DNA from: Planctomycetota bacterium
GTDB taxonomy: Bacteria > Planctomycetota > UBA1135 > UBA2386
DNA: 64,000 nucleotides
Direction of reading: 5' to 3'
Assembly: GCA_965223545.1 (NCBI GenBank)
Contig: OZ245006.1
Span: forward strand, 4,992,001-5,056,000
Positions 10,288 to 19,255 of the stretch are shown one piece after another. Under the pieces are notes generated by a model, which was given only the letters and a program-made list of their open reading frames with translations, had not been told where the DNA came from and ran no database searches. The position numbers and the translations under genes are program-made. How positions within the stretch are numbered: the stretch's first letter is position 1; each line of letters begins with the position of its first letter.

Positions 10288-12620
10288 TTCTTGTAGTCCG
10301 GTTCTTTGGAGATGCAGTCCATCGCGTCGAGCGTCAGCTCGTTGATCAGCGAGCTCTCGTCGAAGAACGGCACGAAGACGGTCCCGCGCGGCGGCTTGCC
10401 GCGCCCGTCGACCACCGCGGGCAACGTCATTTCGCCGCGGCGGCTGGTCAGCTTGACCTGGTCCCCGCCGTTGATGCCCAGCGCCGTCGCGTCGGCGCGG
10501 TTGAGCTCGACGTAGGTGCGCGGCACCGCCTGGTGCAGCTGGGTGACGCGGCGCGTCATCGAGCCCGTGTGCCAGTGCTCCAGCACTCGGCCGGTGCACA
10601 GCCAATACGGATACGCGTCGTCAGGCACCTCGGCGGGCGGGTGGTACGGCCGCAGCCAGATGGCGGCCTTCTCGCCGAACTTCTTCGCCTTGTAGAAGTG
10701 CACGCCCTCGCTCTTCTTGACGAACGGGTCGTGGCCGGCGGCGTAGCGATACCGGGTCTCACGGCCGTCGACCACCGGCCAGCGCAGGCCACGGGTCTTC
10801 TTCAGATCCGCGTAGCTGGCGAGGTCCTTGCCGAGGCCGAGGCCGAACGAGCGGTACTCCTCGAACATCGGCTCGTGCCAATCCGTCGAGCCGTCGGTCG
10901 GCCACGGGAACAGATGCCCCATGCCCATCCGCTTGGCGACCTCGATGATCTGCCACGCGTCTTCCTTGGCTTCGCCGGGAGGAGTCACCAGCTGGTTCCA
11001 CTGTTGCGTGCGGCGCTCGGAGTTGCCGAACACGCCCTCGCGCTCGACCCACGCGGCCGATGGCAGCACCAAGTCGGCGACGTCGGTCGTCGGCGTCGGA
11101 TAGATGTCGCTGACCACGACGAAGCGGCCGTCGCCCGGCTTGCGCTCGAAGCGGTGCAGGTTGGGCATCGTCACCCATGGATTGGTGACCTGGATCCACA
11201 TGGCGGTGACATCGCCACGGCTCAGTGCGCGGAACATGTCGACCGCGTGGTAGCCGGGCACCGGGTTGATCGTGCCGGGCTCCAGGCCCCAGATCTCTTC
11301 GGCCTTGGCCCGGTGGGCGTCGATCGTGACCAGCATGTCGGCCGGCAGGCGGTTGCTCAGCGTGCCGACCTCGCGGGCCGTCCCGCACGCGGAAGGTTGG
11401 CCGGTGAGACTGAACGGTCCCGAACCGGGGCGGCTGATCTTGCCGGTGATCAGGTGCAGGTCGTTGATCAGGTTGTTCATCCACGTGCCGCGCACGTGTT
11501 GGTTGACGCCCATGCACCAGAGGCTCACGGTGCCGCGGTTGCGGTCGCCGTAGACCTCGGCCAAGGCCTCGAGCTGGCCCTGCGACACGCCGGAGAGCTC
11601 GGCGACGCGCTCCGGTGTGTACTCGGCAACGAAGGCGCGAAGATCGTCGAGGGTCGCTGGCGTCCCCTTGTCCTTGAAGCCGTAGCGCTCGGCCTGCTCG
11701 CCGTAGCAGCCGTAGCCGATCTCCTCGACGTCCTCGATGCCGCGCATGAAGACGCAGTTGTCCTCGACGAAGCGCGTGTCGATGGCGTTGTTCTTCAGCA
11801 GGAGGTGCAGGATGCCGTTGGCGATGGCGAGGTCCGCGCCTGGCGCGAACTCGACGTAGAGATCGGCCCAGTCCGACGTCGGCGTCCGGCGGGTTGCCAG
11901 GTCGATGATGCGCACGCCGCCGTTGCGCCGCTTGTTCTCCAGGATCCGGCTGAACAGCACCGGGTGCATCTCGGCCATGTTGTTGCCCCAGAGCACGAAG
12001 TCGTCGCCGAGGTCGAGGTCGTCGTAGCACCCCATCGGCTCGTCGCTCTGGAACTGCGTCATGAAGCCCATCACCGCGCTCGCCATGCAAAGCCGCGCGT
12101 TGGGATCGATGTTGTTGCTGCGCATACCGCCCTTGACCCACTTCAGAGCGGCATAGCCGTCGAACACGGTCCACTGGCCGGAGCCGTAGACCGCGACCGA
12201 TTCGGGGCCGCGGCTGTCGAGGGCGCCCTGGAACTTCTCGGCGATCAGATCGAGGGCCTCGTCCCAGCCGATGCGCACGAGCTTGCCGTCGCGCCGCAGC
12301 TGCGGGTACAGCAGGCGGTCTTCGCCGTAGAGCATCGCGGGCAGGTGGTAGCCCTTGACGCACAACAGCCCCTTGTTCACCGGGCTCTGCGCGTCGCCGC
12401 GCACTGCTTTGACCTGGCCGTCGGCCACGCCGACCTCGACGCCGCAGCCGGTGCCGCAGTAGCGGCACGGCGCTTTGCCCCAAGTCAGATCGGCGTGCTT
12501 GCGCTGCGGGTCCTGGGCGGCCACCTGCCGGGCGCGTTCGCGGTCGCGCGGTGAGAACGCGACGACGCCCGGTGCCACGATGCCACTCTTGAAGAACGCG
12601 CGCCGGTCGATGGCGGCCAT
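10260..12620 (-). CDS. napA: Periplasmic nitrate reductase catalytic subunit (Mo-bisPGD, 4Fe-4S)
   Basis: Tat motif DRRAFFK; CRYCGTGC...LCVKG; YGSGQW; NARLCMASA; FSLTGQPSACGTAREVG; EHWHTGSMTRR; EPDYKKCAV. Start ATG 12620. Confidence 0.95.
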   Translation of the reverse strand: MAAIDRRAFFKSGIVAPGVVAFSPRDRERARQVAAQDPQRKHADLTWGKAPCRYCGTGCGVEVGVADGQVKAVRGDAQSPVNKGLLCVKGYHLPAMLYGEDRLLYPQLRRDGKLVRIGWDEALDLIAEKFQGALDSRGPESVAVYGSGQWTVFDGYAALKWVKGGMRSNNIDPNARLCMASAVMGFMTQFQSDEPMGCYDDLDLGDDFVLWGNNMAEMHPVLFSRILENKRRNGGVRIIDLATRRTPTSDWADLYVEFAPGADLAIANGILHLLLKNNAIDTRFVEDNCVFMRGIEDVEEIGYGCYGEQAERYGFKDKGTPATLDDLRAFVAEYTPERVAELSGVSQGQLEALAEVYGDRNRGTVSLWCMGVNQHVRGTWMNNLINDLHLITGKISRPGSGPFSLTGQPSACGTAREVGTLSNRLPADMLVTIDAHRAKAEEIWGLEPGTINPVPGYHAVDMFRALSRGDVTAMWIQVTNPWVTMPNLHRFERKPGDGRFVVVSDIYPTPTTDVADLVLPSAAWVEREGVFGNSERRTQQWNQLVTPPGEAKEDAWQIIEVAKRMGMGHLFPWPTDGSTDWHEPMFEEYRSFGLGLGKDLASYADLKKTRGLRWPVVDGRETRYRYAAGHDPFVKKSEGVHFYKAKKFGEKAAIWLRPYHPPAEVPDDAYPYWLCTGRVLEHWHTGSMTRRVTQLHQAVPRTYVELNRADATALGINGGDQVKLTSRRGEMTLPAVVDGRGKPPRGTVFVPFFDESSLINELTLDAMDCISKEPDYKKCAVSVQRA

Positions 12621-14203
12621 CACTTGCCCTCCTGCAGCCAGCGATGCTCCGGCCGCGCCAAAATGCCGTCGATCACCGCGCGCACCGCGTTCGCGGCGTC
12701 GGCGTTGCCTTCCTCCTCGGCGTGGTCGGCCAGCTCCCGAGCCTGTGGGATCAGCTCTTGGTAGAAGCGCTCGGCGACTTCGTACATGCCGTGCCAGTGC
12801 GCGTAGTCCGGCGCCATCATCGATGCGCCGTGCCGCGCGCGGCGACCCTCGTGGTGCCATAAGTAGAACCACGTCCACTCGATCTCTTCGTCGAAGCTGG
12901 TGGCAGTCAGCAGCTCCTGCTCGTGGAGGGCGGCGATGATCGCCTGCCCGGGCTTGGCGAACTTCTCGTTGTAGAGCACGACGAAGTCGTCGTACTGCTT
13001 GTAGAACGCGTCGACGTAGTCGCCGGTGTGGCAGTGGGTGCAGACTTGCCGCATCCGGTCGCGCTTGTCCTGCCAGGAGTCGGCGATCAGGCCACGGCGC
13101 TTCTCGGGGTCGGTCTCGCGCACGACCTTGTGGTTGATGTCGGTGTCCATCACCGCACTGATCGGCGGGCGATTGGTCCAGGAGATGCGCATGCCCGGGT
13201 CGTGCGTGATCTTGCCGCCGTTCTTGCTGTGGCCCGACAGGTGACACGTGGCGCAGGTCGGTGCCTGTGAGTAGTCCTGACCCAGCACCCACGAGTCGCC
13301 ATCCATGTTCATGTGCGCTTCGAGGTCGCGGTAGGCGGCGCCGTGCTTGGATTCCTCGTAGATCTCCTTCTGCGGGTGGTCGGGGCCGAGGTGGCACTTG
13401 CCGCAGTTCTCGGGCCGCCGCGCGCGGCGCGGCGAGAAGTCGTGCCGGCTGTGGCACGCCGAGCAGGAGCCGAGCGAGCCGTCGAGGTTGATGCGGCCGA
13501 TGCCCGTGTTGGGCCAGGTCTCCGGATGCAGCAACGGCTTGCCGTCGCTGCTCTTCTGCACCCGTGCCACCGCGTCGAGGTTGGTCGGCCGGCCGTCGGC
13601 GTCGGGTTGGAAGTCGTCGAGGGTCAGCTGCGAGCCGTCGGTCGCCTGCAGCGCCACCTTGCTGCCGTGACACTGCTTGCAGCCCAAGAACGCGCTGGCC
13701 ATGCCGTTGACCTGCTGCACGTCCGGCCGCCCGGGCGTCTCGCTGTGCGGGTCGAATGGCACGCGGGCGCCCTCCACCGTCTCGGCCAAGAAGTTGTCGA
13801 GCGAGGCGAGGATGTTGCCGCCCTTGGCGTGGTGGCTGCGGCCGAACTCCTCGGCCTCGGTCACGTGGCAGCGGGCACAGTCGCGAGGCGTGACGATGGT
13901 CGCGATGTGGTAGCCCTCGTGCGCGAAGCCGTCGACGTCGTTCTCGTCGGCCGCGTGGCAGTCATAACAACCGACCCCGCGCTCGGCGTGGGTGCTGCCC
14001 TCCCACTGCTCGACGATGCCGGGGTTGGACTCGCGGTGGCAGGCGACGCAGCGCTCGGACGAGGCCGGCACCGCGACCGGTGCCGCGCGGAGGCCGACTT
14101 CGGCCTCGCGCCGCGCGACCTCCATGCCCTGCACGAAGATCAGCGACACCAGAAAGAGGATGCCGAGCGTGCCGATGATGATCTGTTTGGTCTTCAGCGT
14201 CAT
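12620..14203 (-). CDS. Octaheme cytochrome c, hydroxylamine oxidoreductase (HAO) family, likely reductive type
   Basis: 8 CxxCH (CVACH, CYDCH, CARCH, CKQCH, CSACH, CGKCH, CATCH, CTHCH); CHLGPDHPQKEIYEESKHG; MMAPDYAHWHG; N-terminal hydrophobic helix. Confidence 0.9.
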   Translation of the reverse strand: MTLKTKQIIIGTLGILFLVSLIFVQGMEVARREAEVGLRAAPVAVPASSERCVACHRESNPGIVEQWEGSTHAERGVGCYDCHAADENDVDGFAHEGYHIATIVTPRDCARCHVTEAEEFGRSHHAKGGNILASLDNFLAETVEGARVPFDPHSETPGRPDVQQVNGMASAFLGCKQCHGSKVALQATDGSQLTLDDFQPDADGRPTNLDAVARVQKSSDGKPLLHPETWPNTGIGRINLDGSLGSCSACHSRHDFSPRRARRPENCGKCHLGPDHPQKEIYEESKHGAAYRDLEAHMNMDGDSWVLGQDYSQAPTCATCHLSGHSKNGGKITHDPGMRISWTNRPPISAVMDTDINHKVVRETDPEKRRGLIADSWQDKRDRMRQVCTHCHTGDYVDAFYKQYDDFVVLYNEKFAKPGQAIIAALHEQELLTATSFDEEIEWTWFYLWHHEGRRARHGASMMAPDYAHWHGMYEVAERFYQELIPQARELADHAEEEGNADAANAVRAVIDGILARPEHRWLQEGK

Positions 14204-14252
14204 GTCAGGTCTAGAGGGGCAGTCGCGGAACCGCGGGGTGGCGCCGCCCACC

Positions 14253-15302
14253 TCAGTGGGCCGCGACCCCTTCCCATACGGTCAGGCCGACGATCGCGAT
14301 CACGCCGGCGATGCCGATCCACACCGAGGCCTCCGAGCCCGGCCAGCGCCGGCGGATCCAGCCATCGATGAACGGCCACAGGAACATCACGAACACGATG
14401 AAGCCCATGCTCAGGATCGCCGCCGTGGCGGAGAACAGCTTGAGCCAGCGGAACGTGACGTAGAAGAACCACTCGGGCTTGATCACCTCGGGCGTGCTCA
14501 GCGGATCCGCCCGCTCGCCCATGGCGGCGGGGAAGATCGTCGCCAGCGCGCTGAGCAAGATCATCAGCACCAGGCCGATGATCAGCTCGGTGTAGAGGTG
14601 GTCGGGGAAGAAGTTGAAGAAGCGGCGTTCTTCGCGAGGCGCTTTGGGGTCGCGGAACTCGGAGATGCCCTGCAGCCGGATCAGCGTGATGTGCACGAAC
14701 AGCAGCAGCACGATGGTCGCCGGCAGCACGGCGGCGTGCAGCACGTAGAAGCGCGACAGCGTGTGGGCGTTGTAGCTGTCGCCCGCCAGCATCATCTGCT
14801 TCATCCAGCCGCCGATCAGCGGCACCGCTTCGGTGATATTGGCGCCGACCGTGGCGCCCCAGTAGCTCAGCTGCTCGTACACCAAGCTGTAGCCGGTGAA
14901 GCCGGTCATCAGCGTGCACAGCAGCAAGCACATGCCGATCATCCAGTTGAGCTCGCGCGGCTTGCGGTATGCCCCGGTGAAGTACACCCGCATCTGGTGC
15001 AGGATGACCGCGGCGATCATCAGCGTCGCCGCCCACTTGTGCAGGCTGCGCACGTACCAGCCGTAGGCGGCTTCGTGCGTGATGTAGTCGACCGATTGGT
15101 AGGCCGTGGCCGGCGCTGCCTCGTAGTAGAACGCCAGCAAGATCCCGGTCAGGATCTGGATGACGAACAGGTAGAGCGGCGTTCCACCGAGGCAGAACCA
15201 CCAGCGCTTGAGATGGTTGGGGACCGGCTCGTTGGTCAGCTCGCGCAGCTGGTCGCCACTGATCGGGACCCGCTCCCGAAACCATGCGGAGAGTCCGGTC
15301 AT
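14253..15302 (-). CDS. Cytochrome b of a Rieske/cytb complex, b6-type fused to subunit IV
   Basis: WFCLGG (heme ci Cys position), RSLHKW...LHQMRV, SYWGATV, RFYVLH-x14-H, IKPEWFFY (PEWY-like Qo motif). Confidence 0.93.
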   Translation of the reverse strand: MTGLSAWFRERVPISGDQLRELTNEPVPNHLKRWWFCLGGTPLYLFVIQILTGILLAFYYEAAPATAYQSVDYITHEAAYGWYVRSLHKWAATLMIAAVILHQMRVYFTGAYRKPRELNWMIGMCLLLCTLMTGFTGYSLVYEQLSYWGATVGANITEAVPLIGGWMKQMMLAGDSYNAHTLSRFYVLHAAVLPATIVLLLFVHITLIRLQGISEFRDPKAPREERRFFNFFPDHLYTELIIGLVLMILLSALATIFPAAMGERADPLSTPEVIKPEWFFYVTFRWLKLFSATAAILSMGFIVFVMFLWPFIDGWIRRRWPGSEASVWIGIAGVIAIVGLTVWEGVAAH

Positions 15303-15304
15303 GA

Positions 15305-15895
15305 TCAGGCTTGGGCGTCGAAGCGGTGCCGCAGGCAGGGGTCGTGGCCGGGCCCCTCGTCCGGGCCTCCGGTGTCGTCGGCGCGGGCGAGGCGTTCGAC
15401 GGGGACCTGCACGTAGAGCAGGCCCTCGACGACGCGGAGCGGGTAGCTCGCCAGACGTTGGCCGGCGTCCGCCGGTGGACCTGCAGTCGCGACCCCGTCG
15501 GGCGAAAACACACCGTTGTGGCACGGGCAGAAGAAGCGGTTGTGCTGCGGTTGCCAGTGCACCTGGCAGCCGAGGTGCGGGCAAGTGCTCGACAGCGCGA
15601 CGAAGTCGTCCGCGCTGCCTCCGCTGCCGCGCCGCGCGACGTTGACGGTGGCTCCCTGCGGGGTCCGATAACGCATCGCTTGACCGACCTCGAGGTCGGC
15701 GACCCGGGCGACGTACTGCCAGGCCACCTGCCGCGAACGGGCGGGATAGAGGAAGCGGCCGGCGATCGCCGCGAACGTGCCGTAGCCGGCGATCAACCCT
15801 CCCGCCATCAGCGCCCCGGAGGCCAGGGTGCGGCGATCGGTACTGGGATCGGGCGAAGCCTGGGGATGGGGCTCTTCGGCAGGCGGTTCGTGCAT
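15305..15895 (-). CDS. Rieske [2Fe-2S] protein
   Basis: STCPHLGC and FCPCHNGVF boxes; DRRTL plus hydrophobic segment (Tat-like anchor). Start uncertain (15895 or 15943). Confidence 0.92.
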   Translation of the reverse strand: MHEPPAEEPHPQASPDPSTDRRTLASGALMAGGLIAGYGTFAAIAGRFLYPARSRQVAWQYVARVADLEVGQAMRYRTPQGATVNVARRGSGGSADDFVALSSTCPHLGCQVHWQPQHNRFFCPCHNGVFSPDGVATAGPPADAGQRLASYPLRVVEGLLYVQVPVERLARADDTGGPDEGPGHDPCLRHRFDAQA

Positions 15896-15979
15896 GGGGG
15901 CTCTCGATCCTAACCCCCTGGTGCCGCCGCTTCTTTCACTCATTCGGCGCCGCGAGCCGGTGGCCGGCGTGGCTGCCGC

Positions 15980-16639
15980 TCACCTTCCGCGCGGCGGGCG
16001 GGTGTCTTCGGCCGCTGGCACACGAAAGCCGCGGATCAGGTCCTGCTCAACCGGCGAGTGCTCGGCGACGAGCTCGATCGCGCGTTGATACAGCATGCGG
16101 TGATCGTCGTGGCGGCGCGCGTTCTGCAGCGCGCGGCCGACCTGGTCCGCGCTCGGTGGAGTGACGCCCGCCGAACGGGCGACCCCGATCTCCCGCTCGA
16201 TGACGCGCCAGTCGACGCGCTCCGGCATCATCGGCGTGCCGAAGAAGATCTCCGCCTCGGTGAGCTGGAAATCGCCGGGCACGATCGCCACCACGCGGCC
16301 CGAGTCGGAGCCGTTGTTGACGCGCTCGGCCGTTTGCCCGCCCACGTAGAGCACGGGCTCCTCGGTTTGGCGGGCGAACACCAGCGTCGGATCGACGCTG
16401 AGCACGACCAACCAACCCGAGTCGTAGAGCGGGCGCTCGGCGCGCCAGAAGTGCGCCTGGGGCTTGCCCAGATCGAAGCGCTCGGCGTGCAGCAGGCCGA
16501 CGCCGATGCGGTGCGGTTGATCGGGGATCGGCGGCGGATGGTCGCGATCGGGTCCGCCGCGGTCGACGACGGCGCCGGTTGGGGTGACGGCGAGCGCGGC
16601 CGCGACCGCGATCAACCCAAAGAAAAGGGTCTTCTTCAT
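15980..16639 (-). CDS. Secreted hypothetical protein
   Basis: Clear signal peptide MKKTLFFGLIAVAAALA; GGAG upstream; follows the hydrolase gene by 14 bp. Confidence 0.75.
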   Translation of the reverse strand: MKKTLFFGLIAVAAALAVTPTGAVVDRGGPDRDHPPPIPDQPHRIGVGLLHAERFDLGKPQAHFWRAERPLYDSGWLVVLSVDPTLVFARQTEEPVLYVGGQTAERVNNGSDSGRVVAIVPGDFQLTEAEIFFGTPMMPERVDWRVIEREIGVARSAGVTPPSADQVGRALQNARRHDDHRMLYQRAIELVAEHSPVEQDLIRGFRVPAAEDTRPPRGR

Positions 16640-16653
16640 CGTTCCACTCCGTG

Positions 16654-19110
16654 TCAGCGCACCGTCAATTCGATCTCGTCCAGTCCGATGCGGCCCTCTG
16701 GCGAGCCCCAGCTCGGACCGAACTGGAACACGATCTGCCGCACGTCGGCGAGGTCGATCGCGTTGCCGTTGTTGAGGAAGTCGGTCAGCCGCAGCCGAAT
16801 CGTCTCGAACTCGTTGTTCCAGCCGGGGACCGCACCGATACAGCTGGCGCAGCCTGCTGGCGGTGGGTTGGTCGTGCGCTGGTAGGGTTCTTCGATGCCG
16901 CCGCCGTAGGCGCCGATGTTCATCGAGCTCTGCGCCCCCGTGCCGTCGACCAACGTGACGAAGAATCTCAGGTCTTCGAGGCGCGCGGTGGTCAGCGGAT
17001 GGCGCGTGGTCTGCGCTGCGCGGAAGGACAGGTGGTCGAACGCGTGCAGGTTGCGCTGGCCCGCCGGCAGCGAGTAGGTCAGGTGATAATCGCCGGTGCC
17101 GTCGAAACCGAGCACCGCACCTGCACTCGTGTCGAACGCGCTCGCCATGATGAAACCGTTCATCGGATCGGTGGGCAGCGCGTCGAAGCCGAAGTCGCCA
17201 TCGTCGTATCTGCCCTCGAACAGCTCGGGCAGATCACTGGTGACCGTGGCTCCCGAGCTCGCCAGCGCGACGCCGGCGCCGCTCTGGAAGTCATCGATGA
17301 TGTGCTTGCCGCTGTCCGGCGACTCCTGAAACTGGAGGTTGACGATGTTGCACTCGCCAAACGGCACGCCGATCGGACGAAAGCGGTCCCACTGCCGCCA
17401 CAAGAAGTCTTTCGACGGCACGTCGCCGCGCACGTGGTACTCGACCAACGGGAGCACGTAGCCGAGCATGATCTCGTGGGTCTTCGGTTCGTCGAGCTGG
17501 CACGGACCGGTGACCCATGGGTTCTGGTTGGTCTGCGCGTGGAACCAGCCGTGGCCCACGCCGTAGAGGCTGATCGACTGGCGCGACTTCTGCGCGCGGT
17601 CGTGCATGATGTACCACTGCTCGCGGTCGCGGCACGCGCAGCCGGGGACGTTGCTGTCGGCGACCCCGACCCACAAGTGGTAGGGGACCGCGTGTGGGTT
17701 GGAGCTGGACGGGCCGCCGTCTTGCACCGGGGCGATGCTCGACAGCAGCACGATGTCGCTGGCGTCGTAGTTGGTCATCGTCATGGTGCCGTCGATCAGC
17801 TGGTCGTAGGCGCGGACGATGCTGTCTCCACCACGGCTGTGGCCGATCCAGACGATGGTGTCGCCGTCGACGTGACCGGCGAGCACACCGCCGCCGATGG
17901 TGGCCAGGCTGCCCAGGAACGCGTCGGTGTTGTCGAGCGTCGTCAACGAGGCGGTCAGCGTGCCGGGGATCGTGTTGTTGCTGTGGCTCATCACCACGTA
18001 GCCGTAGGAGGCAAGGTGGTAGCCCAGGTGGTCGTACCACTGGTAGTTGTGGCCATTGCCGTGGCTGATCGCGATGAGCGGTAGCTGGCCGAGCTGGGCG
18101 ATGTTGGTCGGGTAGTAGACGTCCTGGCGGAGGAAGGTCGTTGGGCTGCCGGCGACCGGAACCCACGTCGCGCCCAGGTCGTACTGGATCTCGGTCACCG
18201 CGTACGGGCCGCCCGCTCCGGTGCCGGGCCCGACGCGCGTGGCGGGTCCGACGCTGCCGACGGTGGTGTCGCGCACGATGTAGAAGCCGGCTTCGCGGTC
18301 GCTGTAGCCGTCGGCGAGATCGGTGCCGTTGAAACGACCGTCTCGGTTGAAGTCGATGACGATGTCGTAGGGGACGCCGATGCGCAGATCGCCGTTGCCC
18401 GGGGTCACGTCCGGGCCGGCGAGGGTGCCCGCGTCGAGCGTGACGGTATTGGCCTGGATCGTCCCGGCGGCAAACGTCACCGCCTGCGGGGCGCCGCGCA
18501 CGTCGGTCAGGGTGTCATCTGCCAGCCACTGGCTGCGCGTCTTGGATGCGACCACGTAGACGTCGGCGGTGTTGCCGACGATGAACGGGTAGCGGGTCGG
18601 ATCGATGCCCAGCTGGAGAGAGCTGCCGGCGTTGACGGCGGCGACGTGTTGGAAGTGCGGAAACAGGCGCATCGAGCGGCCGGCCAAGTCGATGTCGCGA
18701 TCGCGCAGGGTCAGGTCGGCGCCGTTGCTGACGTCGAGACCGAAGGGGGCGCTCGGATCGGCAATGACCGCGACGGCGAACACTTGCGCGCCGGCGAGGC
18801 CGGGAAACGATGGCAGCGGCAGGGCGAGCGACAGGTTGCCGCCGGCGTCGGTTTGGCCGAGAGGCAGAACCGCGAGCGCCGGGGTGAAACCGAGCGGCAC
18901 GCTGACGCCGAACACGACCGTCGGACCTGCGGACACGTCGAGGAGCAGCGTGACGGGTAGGTTGGCGCCGCCGCTGACGTCGATCTGCAAGCGATCGCCC
19001 ATCAGTTTGACCACCGTGGTCCGCCCGTCGAACTTGAGGTCGGACGCCGGCAGTGGGGTTGCGAACGCCGCCAACGTGTACGGCAGAAGCGAGAGCAAAG
19101 TCGAGCGCAT
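16654..19110 (-). CDS. Large secreted alpha/beta-hydrolase-fold protein
   Basis: Signal peptide at ATG 19110 (GAGGAG upstream); ISHGNGH, HLASYGYVV, IGHSRGG nucleophile elbow. Confidence 0.8.
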   Translation of the reverse strand: MRSTLLSLLPYTLAAFATPLPASDLKFDGRTTVVKLMGDRLQIDVSGGANLPVTLLLDVSAGPTVVFGVSVPLGFTPALAVLPLGQTDAGGNLSLALPLPSFPGLAGAQVFAVAVIADPSAPFGLDVSNGADLTLRDRDIDLAGRSMRLFPHFQHVAAVNAGSSLQLGIDPTRYPFIVGNTADVYVVASKTRSQWLADDTLTDVRGAPQAVTFAAGTIQANTVTLDAGTLAGPDVTPGNGDLRIGVPYDIVIDFNRDGRFNGTDLADGYSDREAGFYIVRDTTVGSVGPATRVGPGTGAGGPYAVTEIQYDLGATWVPVAGSPTTFLRQDVYYPTNIAQLGQLPLIAISHGNGHNYQWYDHLGYHLASYGYVVMSHSNNTIPGTLTASLTTLDNTDAFLGSLATIGGGVLAGHVDGDTIVWIGHSRGGDSIVRAYDQLIDGTMTMTNYDASDIVLLSSIAPVQDGGPSSSNPHAVPYHLWVGVADSNVPGCACRDREQWYIMHDRAQKSRQSISLYGVGHGWFHAQTNQNPWVTGPCQLDEPKTHEIMLGYVLPLVEYHVRGDVPSKDFLWRQWDRFRPIGVPFGECNIVNLQFQESPDSGKHIIDDFQSGAGVALASSGATVTSDLPELFEGRYDDGDFGFDALPTDPMNGFIMASAFDTSAGAVLGFDGTGDYHLTYSLPAGQRNLHAFDHLSFRAAQTTRHPLTTARLEDLRFFVTLVDGTGAQSSMNIGAYGGGIEEPYQRTTNPPPAGCASCIGAVPGWNNEFETIRLRLTDFLNNGNAIDLADVRQIVFQFGPSWGSPEGRIGLDEIELTVR

Positions 19111-19255
19111 TGGTGGTGACTCCTCGGCTCCTCGGTCGGAGCGCGGCGGCCCGCGTCGTGGCCATCGGCCAGTATAGGATCGTCGTGCGATCGACGGTGC
19201 CGCTGTCACGCACCCGACCGCAGTCGTTGCGGCTGACCGCACGGCCAAGTGCGAC

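Noticed and set aside
12621..13673. 351-aa N-terminal extension of NapA in the ORF track
   Set aside because: It overlaps the octaheme gene in another frame; the Tat signal starts at ATG 12620.
12620..14203. Evidence for nitrification or anammox
   Set aside because: No amo, hzs or cytochrome c554 genes in the window; motif and context point to a reductive role.
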